From Halocafeteria seosinensis (taxonomy: Eukaryota): a stretch of 64,000 bases of DNA. Shown here piece after piece: positions 14,245-28,733 of this stretch; the stretch's first letter is position 1, and every line of letters starts with the position of its first letter. The position numbers and the translations under genes were made by a program. The stretch lies in the NCBI GenBank assembly GCA_001687465.1, contig LVLI01000140.1:186001-250000 (forward strand). Reading direction: 5' to 3'. A model generated the notes under the pieces. The model was not told the origin of the DNA, did no database searches, and was given only the letters and a program-made list of their open reading frames with translations.

Positions 14245-17200
14245 CTATTCACACAGTTTTCGCTGAATCTGCGGTTTTCGCGGTTGTAGTTTTCGAGCAT
14301 TTGAGTTTACCATATGTACAGATAAGGCGGCCCCGCGGGGAGTTTCGATTCGGTGATCAGTCTGGTCAGCGAGTGCATTGTTCATGCCACTGAATTCAAA
14401 TCGGGTTCCACCGTTCTCCATCACTACATTGTTCTTTGGATGACTGTCAGGAGCAGTGGCCGGATGCGTCATTCGAGAGGCACCAACGTAGTAGGGATCC
14501 GGGGTTTCGTATCTTCGTTGAGCTGAGGTCGACACTGTAGTTGGTGCCCTATTTCTCAGGAGTGGTCGCCTGTTATAGGGGCTTGCAGAATACGGAGGTT
14601 GCTGTCGCGCTGAAGACTGCCACAAAACTCCACCGCCATTCGTGGAAGCACAGGTGACTGGTACAAGAAATGGGGCTGCAAAAAGTCCCTGGTGATCAGC
14701 TGAGGGAGACATATAGTACGGAATACTCCAAACAGTTGTGGCTGTCTGGGTACCCGGGGCAGAGTGGTTGGAAGTGCTCCTAGCAGAAGAGGGAACGGGA
14801 GACACTGCTGCATCACGTACTTCTTTAGGATTGTTGGAATGGGATTTAGGGGCCTCGCCATTTTGTTCATATCCGTATGTATCCCCAAGAGCGACTCTAC
14901 TGGGAGATGCATTCTGTTCAAATGTTACCACTCTGGTTTTCCCTTTGTCACCCGAAGAAGGGGTTCGCTGATTGCCGGACCGTTGACTAAACGGGGTTGA
15001 CGCCAATAGCCCCGGGGTAAGCGCTTCATGGTTCTCTGTGTATGTTTCAAGAGTCATGTTATTCGAATCTGCTGCTTCTTCTCTTATACCATATTCACCA
15101 GTCACATGGTCAGTGTTGTGTTCCTCACCGTACGATTCGTTGAATGTTCGATCACCGTCCAGCACAGGCATTGGAACAGGAGAAGGGGCTTCTTCATTTA
15201 CCACCGTTTGATGCCTATTGTAATGGGCATCCACCATGTTGTCTAGCTTTTGTTCCATATCTCGCTTTTCCGTACTTGACATGGCAAACTGCCTCTGCCA
15301 TTCCTTCTGGGCGACATCCGTCGGAGGAGCAGATCGTTCTGCAGGAGTTGGATAAGAAGAGTGTACATTATCTGCTACATAATATCCATTGGACAAGCCT
15401 ATCGGGCTTTGGTGATGCAATGAAGCCAGTCCTTCCTTAGCACTAGTATCGGGACTGCCCATTTGCTGCATAGCATCTGCTTGCTGTGGAGATTCCTCAA
15501 AAATCATGCGGGAATATTCATACCCCTGGAAGTACTCTAGCAACTCCCGAGCATTGTTATTGGGTATTTCTCTAGTCCCTTTTCCAATGTGTCGTTCGGG
15601 ATTGAAGTCCCTAAATACTCGGGCCATCGCATAATCCGTATCTGCCTTTCCCCTTTGACGGCTCCCTATTTTTCTGGAGACCGGTGGATTGAAAGAATGG
15701 TGCGAAAAAGCTCCTTGACCACCATTCTCTGTTCTCCGATCCGCCGGTTTCACATTCGTTATCGAAACATCGGAATGTGCGTCGTAAGCGGCATGTGACA
15801 ATACATCAGAATGGCCATTTTGTATTGAGTGGGAAGCAGATCCACCTGTACGAGCTCCATTCGCATCGCTATCTGGTGTGCTCGCTCGGCTACGCTGTGC
15901 GCTATGATACGCACTAGAGCGCCATGGAGGGTTGTCCATTTCCTCTTCGTTAGCAACTCCGTTCTGCAGATTAGCCTTATGTCCTTTCTCTTTTTGTTGT
16001 ACAATTTTCTGGGCCTCGAAACGATTTGCGTAACCTGTCTTAGCGGCGACGGGTTTAGAGGTTTGTCGTTGACGGGACTTCTCGGGCGCGGCAGCGCTCT
16101 GTTGAGTAACCGGAGCTACTGACGTACCTGTTTTACGAGGGTTAGAGTAAGTTTCAGCTTCATTATGTACAACATCTTCGCCATTTTCATCAGCATACGC
16201 ACCCTCGTAGATTTCGTCGGCTTCATAGGGAGGCATTACACCAAGACTTTGTGGACCACTTTCTATGGCGTCGGACAGGGATTCAATCACACCGTGTCGT
16301 ATAGCGAGTGGAAGTAGAAACCCGTAGAGCAAGAGACGCAGTGCTGAACGGGGTGTGATAGAATGTCTCTCAACCAAAGTGGAGGTAGCAACAAACCGGT
16401 TTCTCTGCATATGGGTGGGCGCAAAAGACCGTAATCCTGGCTCTTGTGTGGATCTACACCCTGTAAACGCGTAGAACAACGACGCTGATGCTTCCTGAGG
16501 AGATTCTGCTTTTCCAAGTAACGAGAATGCATTCCATGGGCCTCCAACGAACTCTTCAATAGTTCTCTGGCATTCCTTCGAGCAATACTTTTTCACAGCC
16601 AAGAGTGCTAGGCCTTGGCTAAATCGCTCAAAGTCTAGTCTCAGGGAAAGCATGGAGCGACGTACAGATCTCACACCAAATATACTTTCTTTCCACTGGT
16701 GGACATTGGCGGGACCATCCCTCATCTTTGCCATTCGAGCCATGACCGTACGATATACGATATCTAAGTCAGCCTGAGTTAAACTGTCGTCATCCACCAT
16801 TTTGGTGTCCCCGCATAGTTTGGAAAACTGTAAGTTGTTTATCAAGGTAAGCCCTTGGAAAACAGCAGACGCGGCATCCTGTTCTGAGGAGACAGGTGTA
16901 TCGTTGTCTCTATTTCCATATAAACAATATCGTCCGTACAAGTGCCGCATAATGGTCTCGCACGCTTGGGTATCCAGAGTATTAGCCTTTACGAGCAATT
17001 CCATAGTAGCAGGGGACGATGCACATTGCGTTTTTCTTTTCGACTTCGAATGCGCTCGGAGGACTTTTTCGTGATTGGAAGAGCTTTTTACATGTTGCTG
17101 AGACGTGGGCTGTTCACGTCCTTCAGTGTGAAGAAGTATATCGGCATTAAATGTCGGGCTTCTCGTCTGTTGACAAGCAGCATTCTGAGCTGGCCCAGTG

Positions 17201-17652
17201 TCTCCAACATGTATGTCTTCAGTGTCAGTGTCTACGTGGAGGTTTTGGTTGGGTCCCTGTTGTTCGTCTCCCCGCCGACTTTGGGCTTCCACCTGTCCCT
17301 TGAGCGAATTCGCTGAGGGTCGTTTAGCTTTTTCATCACTCGTTGAATCCTCCTCCTTCTCTTCCAACATGCGCCTTAATTTTTTCTGGCGAGATTTTAG
17401 ACGCTTCATTTCCTTTCGAATGTTGTCCTGTTTTCGCTCACCACCCTCTTCCCGACTAACGGCATCCTCCCGGGGAGGTGGAGGTGGCTGTCTCTCAGAT
17501 ACACAGCGTTGCGCTGTAGCTGCTGAGGTGGTGGCAGTCACAGAGACACTACCAAGGGCTGAGGACAATTGCTCGCCTTCGTCGTCCGTATCGCCGGTAT
17601 TCTCGTAGCGCCAGGTCCTTTCAGCGTCGGCAAGTCGTTGGCTCTCCGACAT
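14245..17652 (-). CDS. 1135-aa mostly low-complexity protein with an internal p25-alpha/TPPP-like domain
   Basis: Long uninterrupted ORF. INNLQFSKLCGDTKMVDDDSLTQADLDIVY...LDFERFSQGLALLAVKKY matches the p25-alpha pattern (NFAKLCKDC..D...T.TD.DIVF...TFEQF..AL..LA.K). Confidence 0.7.
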   Translation of the reverse strand: MSESQRLADAERTWRYENTGDTDDEGEQLSSALGSVSVTATTSAATAQRCVSERQPPPPPREDAVSREEGGERKQDNIRKEMKRLKSRQKKLRRMLEEKEEDSTSDEKAKRPSANSLKGQVEAQSRRGDEQQGPNQNLHVDTDTEDIHVGDTGPAQNAACQQTRSPTFNADILLHTEGREQPTSQQHVKSSSNHEKVLRAHSKSKRKTQCASSPATMELLVKANTLDTQACETIMRHLYGRYCLYGNRDNDTPVSSEQDAASAVFQGLTLINNLQFSKLCGDTKMVDDDSLTQADLDIVYRTVMARMAKMRDGPANVHQWKESIFGVRSVRRSMLSLRLDFERFSQGLALLAVKKYCSKECQRTIEEFVGGPWNAFSLLGKAESPQEASASLFYAFTGCRSTQEPGLRSFAPTHMQRNRFVATSTLVERHSITPRSALRLLLYGFLLPLAIRHGVIESLSDAIESGPQSLGVMPPYEADEIYEGAYADENGEDVVHNEAETYSNPRKTGTSVAPVTQQSAAAPEKSRQRQTSKPVAAKTGYANRFEAQKIVQQKEKGHKANLQNGVANEEEMDNPPWRSSAYHSAQRSRASTPDSDANGARTGGSASHSIQNGHSDVLSHAAYDAHSDVSITNVKPADRRTENGGQGAFSHHSFNPPVSRKIGSRQRGKADTDYAMARVFRDFNPERHIGKGTREIPNNNARELLEYFQGYEYSRMIFEESPQQADAMQQMGSPDTSAKEGLASLHHQSPIGLSNGYYVADNVHSSYPTPAERSAPPTDVAQKEWQRQFAMSSTEKRDMEQKLDNMVDAHYNRHQTVVNEEAPSPVPMPVLDGDRTFNESYGEEHNTDHVTGEYGIREEAADSNNMTLETYTENHEALTPGLLASTPFSQRSGNQRTPSSGDKGKTRVVTFEQNASPSRVALGDTYGYEQNGEAPKSHSNNPKEVRDAAVSPVPSSARSTSNHSAPGTQTATTVWSIPYYMSPSADHQGLFAAPFLVPVTCASTNGGGVLWQSSARQQPPYSASPYNRRPLLRNRAPTTVSTSAQRRYETPDPYYVGASRMTHPATAPDSHPKNNVVMENGGTRFEFSGMNNALADQTDHRIETPRGAALSVHMVNSNARKLQPRKPQIQRKLCE

Positions 17653-18138
17653 TGTTTCCTGTATGGAGGCAAGAGGACCAAACAGTGGATATCTCTCTCA
17701 CGTGCCAACAAAGGAGAGAGAGGAGGCAATTTACCCAGCCCTCTGTGGAACAAATACGGCCTCCACACAAATCGATACAAACCAGGACAAACCAGGGAGA
17801 CGTCGTTCATCGACAATTCACAACTTGTGATGTCAACTTAACTCTGTTGTCAGCAGCAGCAGGCAAACGCATCTATAAAGCCCACACAACACAGGGGCAC
17901 CGAAAAGAAGACTATATACCAATTCAAACAGTGTCCAACTGGCTGATTTTTCACAACATGATGTTCTCCCAGAGATTGAATACCCTCCCGGTTGCGGGAC
18001 CCAAGGTGACGGTTAGAAACGCAATTCTACGTCCCGCAGCACTGAGGCCGACGGACTAACTACCTCACTCTAATCCGTCAGGTCATCAGAACGTATATTT
18101 ACGGCATCCTTATCTTATTGAAACTATGTCCTGGATGC

Positions 18139-18945
18139 ATGGAGAACTACTATGGTACTAGGGAAAAGCTGGTAAACAACCCGATGCGTCGGAGTCAAAC
18201 ATTTGGTCCGCGCCGGGTCCGTAGAACAAGAGAGCCTGGCGATTCTCTTTCAGTATAGTACCGCCTATCATGCTGAGCTGAACTTGATTAGCTCTTCCCG
18301 ACAGCGGTGTAAAGTAAGTTAGATTCCAGGCATCGGCATTGTATTCCTAGTCACCAGTAGCCAGGCCGGATGGTTTCTCCACGCCCTTGTCGGGTTTAGG
18401 TGCGCGTGCAGTGTAGTGATAAAAGGATCGCATGTTTGTTGTCATAAACACATAACACAACACCGTACTGCGCTTGGTTATCCTGAGTGTGCCGCGCCAC
18501 ACTTGACAAGCTGTGCCATGGCTCGTGCTCCAAAATTCCTTGCACTTTTGTGCTGGTAAAATTCAGACGATACAAACTAATACCAACTCCAACGATGTAT
18601 TAATTGTCATGACCAGTCTCGCCCCCACTTTACTGCTGTCTTTAAAGGGCGACATCACTTCTTCCAGGGGAAATGGATCTTCCAGAAGTGGCTGCATTTC
18701 AACGGCGGTCAGAGAGACGGGAACAGGACTTCTACCGGCTACATAGGAGGCAACAGAAAGGATTCACAAGCTCCATTATCCTACAGCAGGATCATTTACC
18801 GGTATTTGTTTCACTGCCACCAATCGAGGATCATTCAATCAGACTAAGGCAGCAGGCCCGTCGCGGATTTCGGGGCAAGGACGAATTCCCAGTGGGTATC
18901 ACACCTCGTTTGAAAAGCCAGCTCAGTATGAAAGACGTTGTGTAG
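18139..18945 (+). CDS. Possible small spliced hypothetical gene
   Basis: Terminal ORF 18673..18945 has a phase-compatible acceptor (cttccag|GG GAA ATG) and an upstream candidate donor (TTA G|gtgcgc). 5' exons are uncertain and no family was recognised. Confidence 0.25.
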
Positions 18946-19506
18946 TTTGCTGAGACTACACCTTTACCATAGATTAGGCGAATACAACTGCTTCCGTCTT
19001 CCCGTGGCGTGTAGCACCAATGTCCAAGTGACACCACTTGCTTTGAGTCCGCCTTCAGACCTCTCCATCACGATACTGACTGCACAACATAATATACACA
19101 CGTGTGCTACTTATAGTAGATAGTTTTAGGGGTAAACAAAGTGGACACTGTGAGGAAGTGGCGCATAATGCGTTTACACAGGTTGGAACAGAGGGGACAA
19201 ACGGACCCACAACACAACTATAAGCCGAGCTATTTACACACATACAAAGCATACAAAGCCAGACCACGAGCCCTCAGGTCAAAGTGAAGTTATTAACGCA
19301 TCACCGGGAGACACCCCGTGGGGTGCTCCACTCAATCCAAGCGCAGGATATTGATGTTCTTCCTTGGGCTCAGCTGGCTTTGTACGCATACACATACTAT
19401 ATAAAGCGACAAAAACGTGATATTTTCATTAGTCACAACTCTTCTTAGTTTCTTGTGTATTCATAGTATCAACTGGTGAGAAAAGCGGCAATTGTCTGGT
19501 TCCTAA

Positions 19507-19824
19507 CAACCCATTGGACCCAAGCCTTCCGTCAACTTTCTGAAGCCAGCGAGATGGATTCCATCATGGAAGCCTCTCTGTGAAGTTAAAAAGGTGAATT
19601 ACCTAACTTTGGCCACAACTTTCGTTAAACTTCTTGACCCACAAGAAATCCCACTAGCTAGAAGTAAGCGGTTTCTCGAAGACTATTCACAGAGCGAATG
19701 GCATGCAATAACTAAAGCAAGAGATGTATTCCATCCATACGCAAACTTCCAGTGCACAAGGTTCCAACAATTAGCCCAAATGCGAAACGTAAACTCAAGG
19801 AAGTGGGAGATTGCGAACCATTGA
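19507..19824 (+). pseudogene. Possible hAT-transposase relic fragment
   Basis: Open frame with no start: KPSVNFLKPARWIPSW...YSQSEWHAITKARDVFHPY resembles the hAT 'TRWNS ... EW..I...L.PF' spacing. Confidence 0.3.
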
Positions 19825-19962
19825 AATTTCATCCTTTTTAGCCTGTTCACGTTTTTGTTTTTCTAGCATTGTGGCCTTTCGCGTCAACGATTCCGGCCGA
19901 GCTGCATAAGCAGAAATCGCAGAGCACATTAGAGATAACCTTAAGCAATGGTAGTATAGGAG

Positions 19963-21049
19963 CTAACATAACTTACTCGAGGGACGTGCGGGGAGACTGC
20001 GTTTGATCTCTTTCAAAATTCTGTTGTGCTGTTTTTCCCTATCAGGAATTGCATGGTGTAGCCCCGGTTCGCATTGAGGATTGATTACGTTGTCAGGTTC
20101 TGGCTCATAACGACGTCTAGTCTTCGTGTACATAACTTTGGGCTCTATATTTTCCTGAGTAGCCTCTTGTATCTCTTCTCTTTGTTCGGGCTGTGTCGTT
20201 TGGGGACGGCGTTGGAATGACTTTCCAGGGCCACCTGGTTGTTCTGGTGGGGATAACGGCCTCCAGGAAGGATCATACGAGGCAAATTGAAAATTATCTG
20301 CTACACCGTAACTCCTCATGTCATTTCTACCCATTCCCAGCACCGATGACTTCTTTTCTGATCTCAGTCCATCTCTTGACAGCGTATCAGTCCGCGTACA
20401 TGACCCAGCGGTTTGAGCTCTGCAACGAAGAGTACACGCCATAATAAAGTTCATTCAGGCGCTACCAACTCTAAATCACATACCGAAAAAACCTATGGCT
20501 TGAGTTCCTCATGGTCGCGTTGCTTTCTCTCTCCAAAGCGTGCGAAAACCCGGAAAATGGCTTTATCGACGCTCTCTCTCGTCGTGGAAAGCGATCCTGG
20601 ATTTCTCTTCTCACACCATCTTCTATATACTTCCGTTGGTTTCCAAGAATCGGGTCCCCATTTCGGTATTCATTTACATAATATTCTCTGTGCTTCCGGT
20701 CCCTGGTGTATCCGGGAGACGTGTGCACAGGTCTCGACGACTGGTCGAACCTCAGCGTCGATCCTATGGTAGCTTGTGGCGCTTCAGGTACTTGGCGGCG
20801 TTGAAAGCCTTCGTAGAATTTGGATCTAGCTAGACTTGGTCCATCTCGAAACTCGATTCGTCTACTATTCCTCGGTCTTCCGGTGTCCTGGCTATTATAC
20901 GGGTCGCCATAGTACAGGAAGTTATACTTCTCATGCTCGGATTTAACATTCAGGTGTTTCCTGCACCGATTTATTGGAGCGAATTTCTTTCCTATATCGG
21001 GAAGAATCCCGCTGGAGGGTTCGGACTCATCATTCCATGGACCACTCAT
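19963..21049 (-). CDS. Hypothetical hydrophilic protein, 2 exons
   Basis: ORFs 20471..21049 and 19963..20454 are joined by a phase-2 intron (TTT CG|gtatgt...gttgcag|A GCT). Confidence 0.65.
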
Positions 21050-21735
21050 CTGTTTTGACTGTTCAGCGGGGTTTTTGGCGCGTACGTTGTGCTTTCCTTA
21101 AGCCGCACGAATTCCTCCACAGTCACTCTATTTACTCTTGGCAGACCACTGCTAGCTTACTCTTCAGCACTGAAGTGTATACAAAAAATTTACGGGAGCC
21201 ACGGGTTTTAGCTTTGTGCCCTTCGTCAACACACAATGTATGATAGTGCGTGGGTTTTGTGAACTTGATTCGGCTGTCAGGAATAACGGTAACTTCGCAT
21301 CAAGTGCGTGTTCAGTTTTTCCTGCACTATCCTGGCTGATTTGGTGAATCAAAATCATAAATTTACATTCAACTATAAGAGGCCGGTACTTAAGCGAACG
21401 CAAGCCCATGCATGGTTGCGCAAAGGACCCACAACTTCAACGTATGTTGAAGCTGAGCCCTTCATAATGCTGCATTGTGTTTATCCTTGTTTGATTCAAG
21501 TGCAGACGGCGGATTGTGTATATACTTTTCAGTTTGGCAGTTCTCTGCGAACCAATATATTGGTTGTGGCTCATTCAGCTCGTGTACTCCTTGCCGGGGA
21601 CGGTGTGTCTCTTCAACTTCAGAGCTCATTGTTCGCTCTTTCTGCTCTATAAAGTGCCTGATCGTGCTCTAGTCTCCGTAGGAGCTTTGCTGTATAGGCT
21701 TGTATCGTATTGTAGGAACTCTTGGGGCAGCACTA

Positions 21736-24537
21736 ATGGGAGGAACGAAAAAGAAGCAGCAAAATGCTTCCTTGGGTCGAGCACTCGTGCGTAAGAAACG
21801 CGATGATAATAAAAAGAAGGCGCAAGCTGCCAAAGAGTAAGCATTTGTGGTACAATTTCGCCAATTTTCTTGTATCTATTTTCGCTGGTAGCGCTGTCTG
21901 TGTTGTATCGATGAAACAGAACTGGATTCCATGTGGCTGACGTCGCAACTAGCAGTAACAAATTGAAATCGATCACAGAAATGAGTTCAGTGGTATGTAC
22001 AGGTCTTCCTGTTGTCATCGTCGGAACCGTAAATGTCTTGACGCACGTGATGCTTTTGGTATCTCCAGGAAGATTTCATGGCGAACGCCGTCCTGGCTGA
22101 TCGACAGTTCAAGTCGAATCAGGATCATGTCGAGTTGGTGGATGAACATAAACAAAATAGAAAGTGAGTTTTTGAGTAAATTAGACAGTGGTTCTTACTA
22201 GTTATTGAATAGATGTCTTGGCACTTGTGCAGTGTGGTAGAACAAGCTGAGGATCCGGTTAAACGTCACTTAAGCCTTCCGCGCAAACCCACTTGGGATA
22301 CTACGATGTCGAAAGAAGATATCATCCGCCAGGAGAATGACGCTTTCCTCGTTTGGAGGTCCGAAATAGCTGAGTACGTTTTGAAATTGTCATTTCCATA
22401 ATTCTCTGAACTTGCAACACAATATGTTATTTTGTTGCCTCAGAATGGAGCAAAATAATCCTGATGTGGCTGTAACTCCTTTCGAGAAGAACGTAGAGGT
22501 CTGGAGGCAGCTATGGAGGGTCGTTGAGAAGAGTGACGTGGTTGTACAAGTAGTTGATGCACGCAATCCGCTTTTGTTTCGGTGTCCAGATTTGGAGAAC
22601 TATGTGAAAGAGGTGGACCCAAATAAGCAGAACTTTCTGATAGTTAACAAGGCTGATTTTCTTAGCCCAATGGAAAGGGTTCAGTGGGCAAAATATTTCA
22701 GAGATAACGACATAGAGTTTGTTTTCTTTTCTGCGAAGGAGGAGAACGACAAACTGGAGGAACGACTGAAGCGAATGGAGGCCACCCTTGAGGGTGATTC
22801 CACTCATTTCGAGGAAACTGATCCTGAGAGCGGTCAAAAGATCAACTCTGAATTGGCTAGGCTTTGTGCGAAAGATCCTGAGTTATTGGATCGTTGTTAT
22901 CTCTTGGGTACAGAGTCCCTAGTGACCCTCTTGCAAAATAAGTTTTACGATTTTTATTCCCTTCAGAATCCCGAAGAAGCGGAGGAAGCAATATATCAGC
23001 GACGAGACAACGCGAATGCAGAGGGTGAGACATGTGATGAACTTGACCCACATGATCCACAAACGGCTCTCGGAGGTTCCGCAGAGGGCCGAGAGGTCAC
23101 CGAGGAAGAGCAAGAAACATACGAGTCTCAAATAGGGGCTGGAGCAGAAGCAGCAACGTTCGCTGGACTGTCTAGTTTTACCGGTGGGGCTAAGGGAAGG
23201 AGGAAAGGAGGTGCCCGAGGTGGAACAGGGAAACGCACAAAAGAAAGTGGTGCTGTTGAAGGAGCAGGGATTGAGTTGAATGAAGAGCACGTCCGATGGG
23301 TGAATGGTGTTCCCGTGGTTGATACTTCGTTAGCCGCCAAGGCCGTACAGGCCGCATCTGAAGGCCAGGATCCAAATGCCGCAATATCTCAGTCAAAGGC
23401 CGAAGAAGCTGAAGAAAATAAGCGGAAGTCCAGCAAGAGTACTACGAAGGACAGTGACAACAAAAAGGTAACTATCGGTTTTGTGGGCTACCCGAATGTC
23501 GGAAAATCGTCCGTGATTAACCTGTTGTTAGGTGCCTGCTCTGAGGGAAATCATGGAAAGCGAGTAGCCGTGAGTAGCACCCCTGGAAAAACTCGCCACT
23601 TCCAAACGCACCATCTTGATTCATGGACGGTAATCTGCGATTGCCCTGGACTTGTGTTCCCTTCCTTCGTCTCCAGCAAAGCTGAAATGGTTTGTAACGG
23701 AGTCTTTCCCCTCTCACAACTGCGAGACCATGTAGGCCCCATGAGCCTCATTGTGCAAAGGATTCATCGACGAACGCTTGAAAAGCAATACGGAATTAAG
23801 CTTCCAACGCCTGCAGAAGATGAAGACCCGGAACGACAGCCCACAGTAAAGGAGCTTCTTGATGTAAGTCTACACATCACAAATAGTGATTGATAGTCAA
23901 CCTTGTTAAGTCCTGATTCCAAGTACTACAGACTTTCTCCACGGCACGCGGGTTTATGGCTGCTGCGCATGCCGGGCCTGATCACCCTCGTGGGGCTCGC
24001 GTCATCTTAAAAGATTACGTTGAAGGAAGGCTTCCATTTGCTCATCTACCTCCCGGAATACATCGAAAGCCGTTACCCACTGCTGTGGACGGATCAAGAG
24101 GCGCATCAAGGCAGCCTTTGCAGGTGGTCCCTGAAGCGGATGAGGGGTACATTCTTGTTGACAAGGAGAGAACGTCTCACGCAAGTCATGCTCAGCAAAT
24201 TAGTGATGACCGCAATCCTCGTGGCGATACTGATTACACCGGAGGTACTACTGAGCCTGCTTCTGATGAACAGTTCATGATGGCCGCATTTGGCTCTTCG
24301 GGTGGAAGTTCAAGTAATCAACCCTCGAAGAAGGACAAGTATTTAAGTAGAAAAGAGGCGAAACGAATTCGACCACGGCGGAAGGGTGATAGGGACCCAG
24401 ACCCTTACGGTACACAGAAAGAGGAACCAACGGCTCAAGATTTCATCAATAAGACGATCGAAAAAAACAAGAATGCTTCGAAGAAGGAAAGGGGACCGTT
24501 GTCAGCAGAGCAACTGCTACGGAGTGGAAGATCCTAA
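21736..24537 (+). CDS. LSG1: Large subunit GTPase 1 (circularly permuted YlqF/YawG family)
   Basis: LGRALVR N-terminus, TPFEKNVEVWRQLWRVVEKSD, DARNP, NKAD, GYPNVGKSS, TPGKTRHFQT, DCPGLVFP, ARVILKDYVEGRL; five GT-AG introns. Confidence 0.95.
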
Positions 24538-24602
24538 CGATTTGTGGTGTTATTAAGGCGCGATTGTTGATTTCTAAAATGCTCTTGTGATTTACACAGC
24601 AC

Positions 24603-27437
<2,835 letters not shown>

Positions 27438-27700
27438 TTTTTCATACGACTAGTAGCTGCATATCTCTACTCTCTATCCAATCATTCACGCTCTGAGATT
27501 CTGCGTGTATGCAGGGAAACTGATATTGTGCTCTGTCATCACGACGCAAAGTTTGTTGGCTCCTTCGAACCCCTTCCTGCAGCCATTTACGTGCCGCAGG
27601 TCCTGGAATATAGTAGCTTGCTGACACAGGAGAAGGATGAAGGTGGCCAGCGTACCACAACAGCTTGCTTGACTAGGATGGCACTGGAAACAAGACTGTC

Positions 27701-28376
27701 ATGGTACGGTTGAAGTATAGATACCTGGTGGCCCACATCTATTGCGGAAGTGGCAAGTCCATGTCCCCGGATGAGATTGGACCAATTGATGTATATGCGC
27801 GTTTGAAGGACCAAATAAAGGAGAAATTCGGAGAATATGGACTTGCGCTAGCAGAGTCTTCGTTGCACGGTAGGTGGGAAGTCGAGACAACATAACCAGA
27901 AAGGTTTTGTAATGACGGATTCCATGCTATACAGTCGTGCATGTGTGCCCTATAACTCAAATCTGCGTGATTCGATGTTCAAGGGACACTGTTGAAAATG
28001 TGTGGGCTTCCATGGCATTTATTACGGCTATCAAATCAGTCCCTGTAACATTTCGAGTGCTCAAAGTATTGGGTAGGTAAAGCCGTCGGGAAACTATGCT
28101 CTCTCTTGCTGTCACGCTTCTCCTTGTACAGGTTCACTGCGAACATTATCAGAAGAAGGCCCAAAAATCTTTGAGCAATATGCAGCAAAGCTTCAGGAGC
28201 GTGCTCACGCCAGAGCCAAACCCTCTCTAGAGCGTCTGTCTTATGACAAGCACAGCCAAGAACGCCTCGACGCCGCGGCGGCCACACTTAGAACTGCGCA
28301 CAACACTGTACACCCAGATGATTTGAAAGGTATTATAGAACTTGCTCGTCAGTCCTTCTTACAAGCTGTTGCTTAA
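27701..28376 (+). CDS. POP5: RNase P/MRP subunit Pop5/Rpp14 family, 3 exons
   Basis: MVRLKYRYLV...KFGEYG...CVIRCSRD...VWASMAFIT...FRVLKVLGSLRT after splicing. Confidence 0.85.
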
Positions 28377-28733
28377 AGTAAGACCCAGCTATTTGGGTTT
28401 AATGTACAACCTATGGGAATGGTACCACGTTGCTTGACACTTCCCGTCATTGCTATCACACAAAAAGCGTAACTTGCAGTGTTCAGCGCTCTATTTCGTC
28501 TGTTGTGCGCTCGGAAGCATTCCGGCAATAAATTTCATCTAGAGTTGCAACTTGCAAGTTATCTGTTGCGACGTCGTCACAGCGCGGAAAGCATCATCAC
28601 ATTTTCCCCAAGTTCGCTGTATAGGGTTCTACCGCCCTTATTAGATATTTCTACAGCTGGGTTAGTTTGCCATCTATTAGATACATTGTTTTGAAGTTGA
28701 TCCTCGGGTGGCTTTTCTCATAAAAGACTGACA

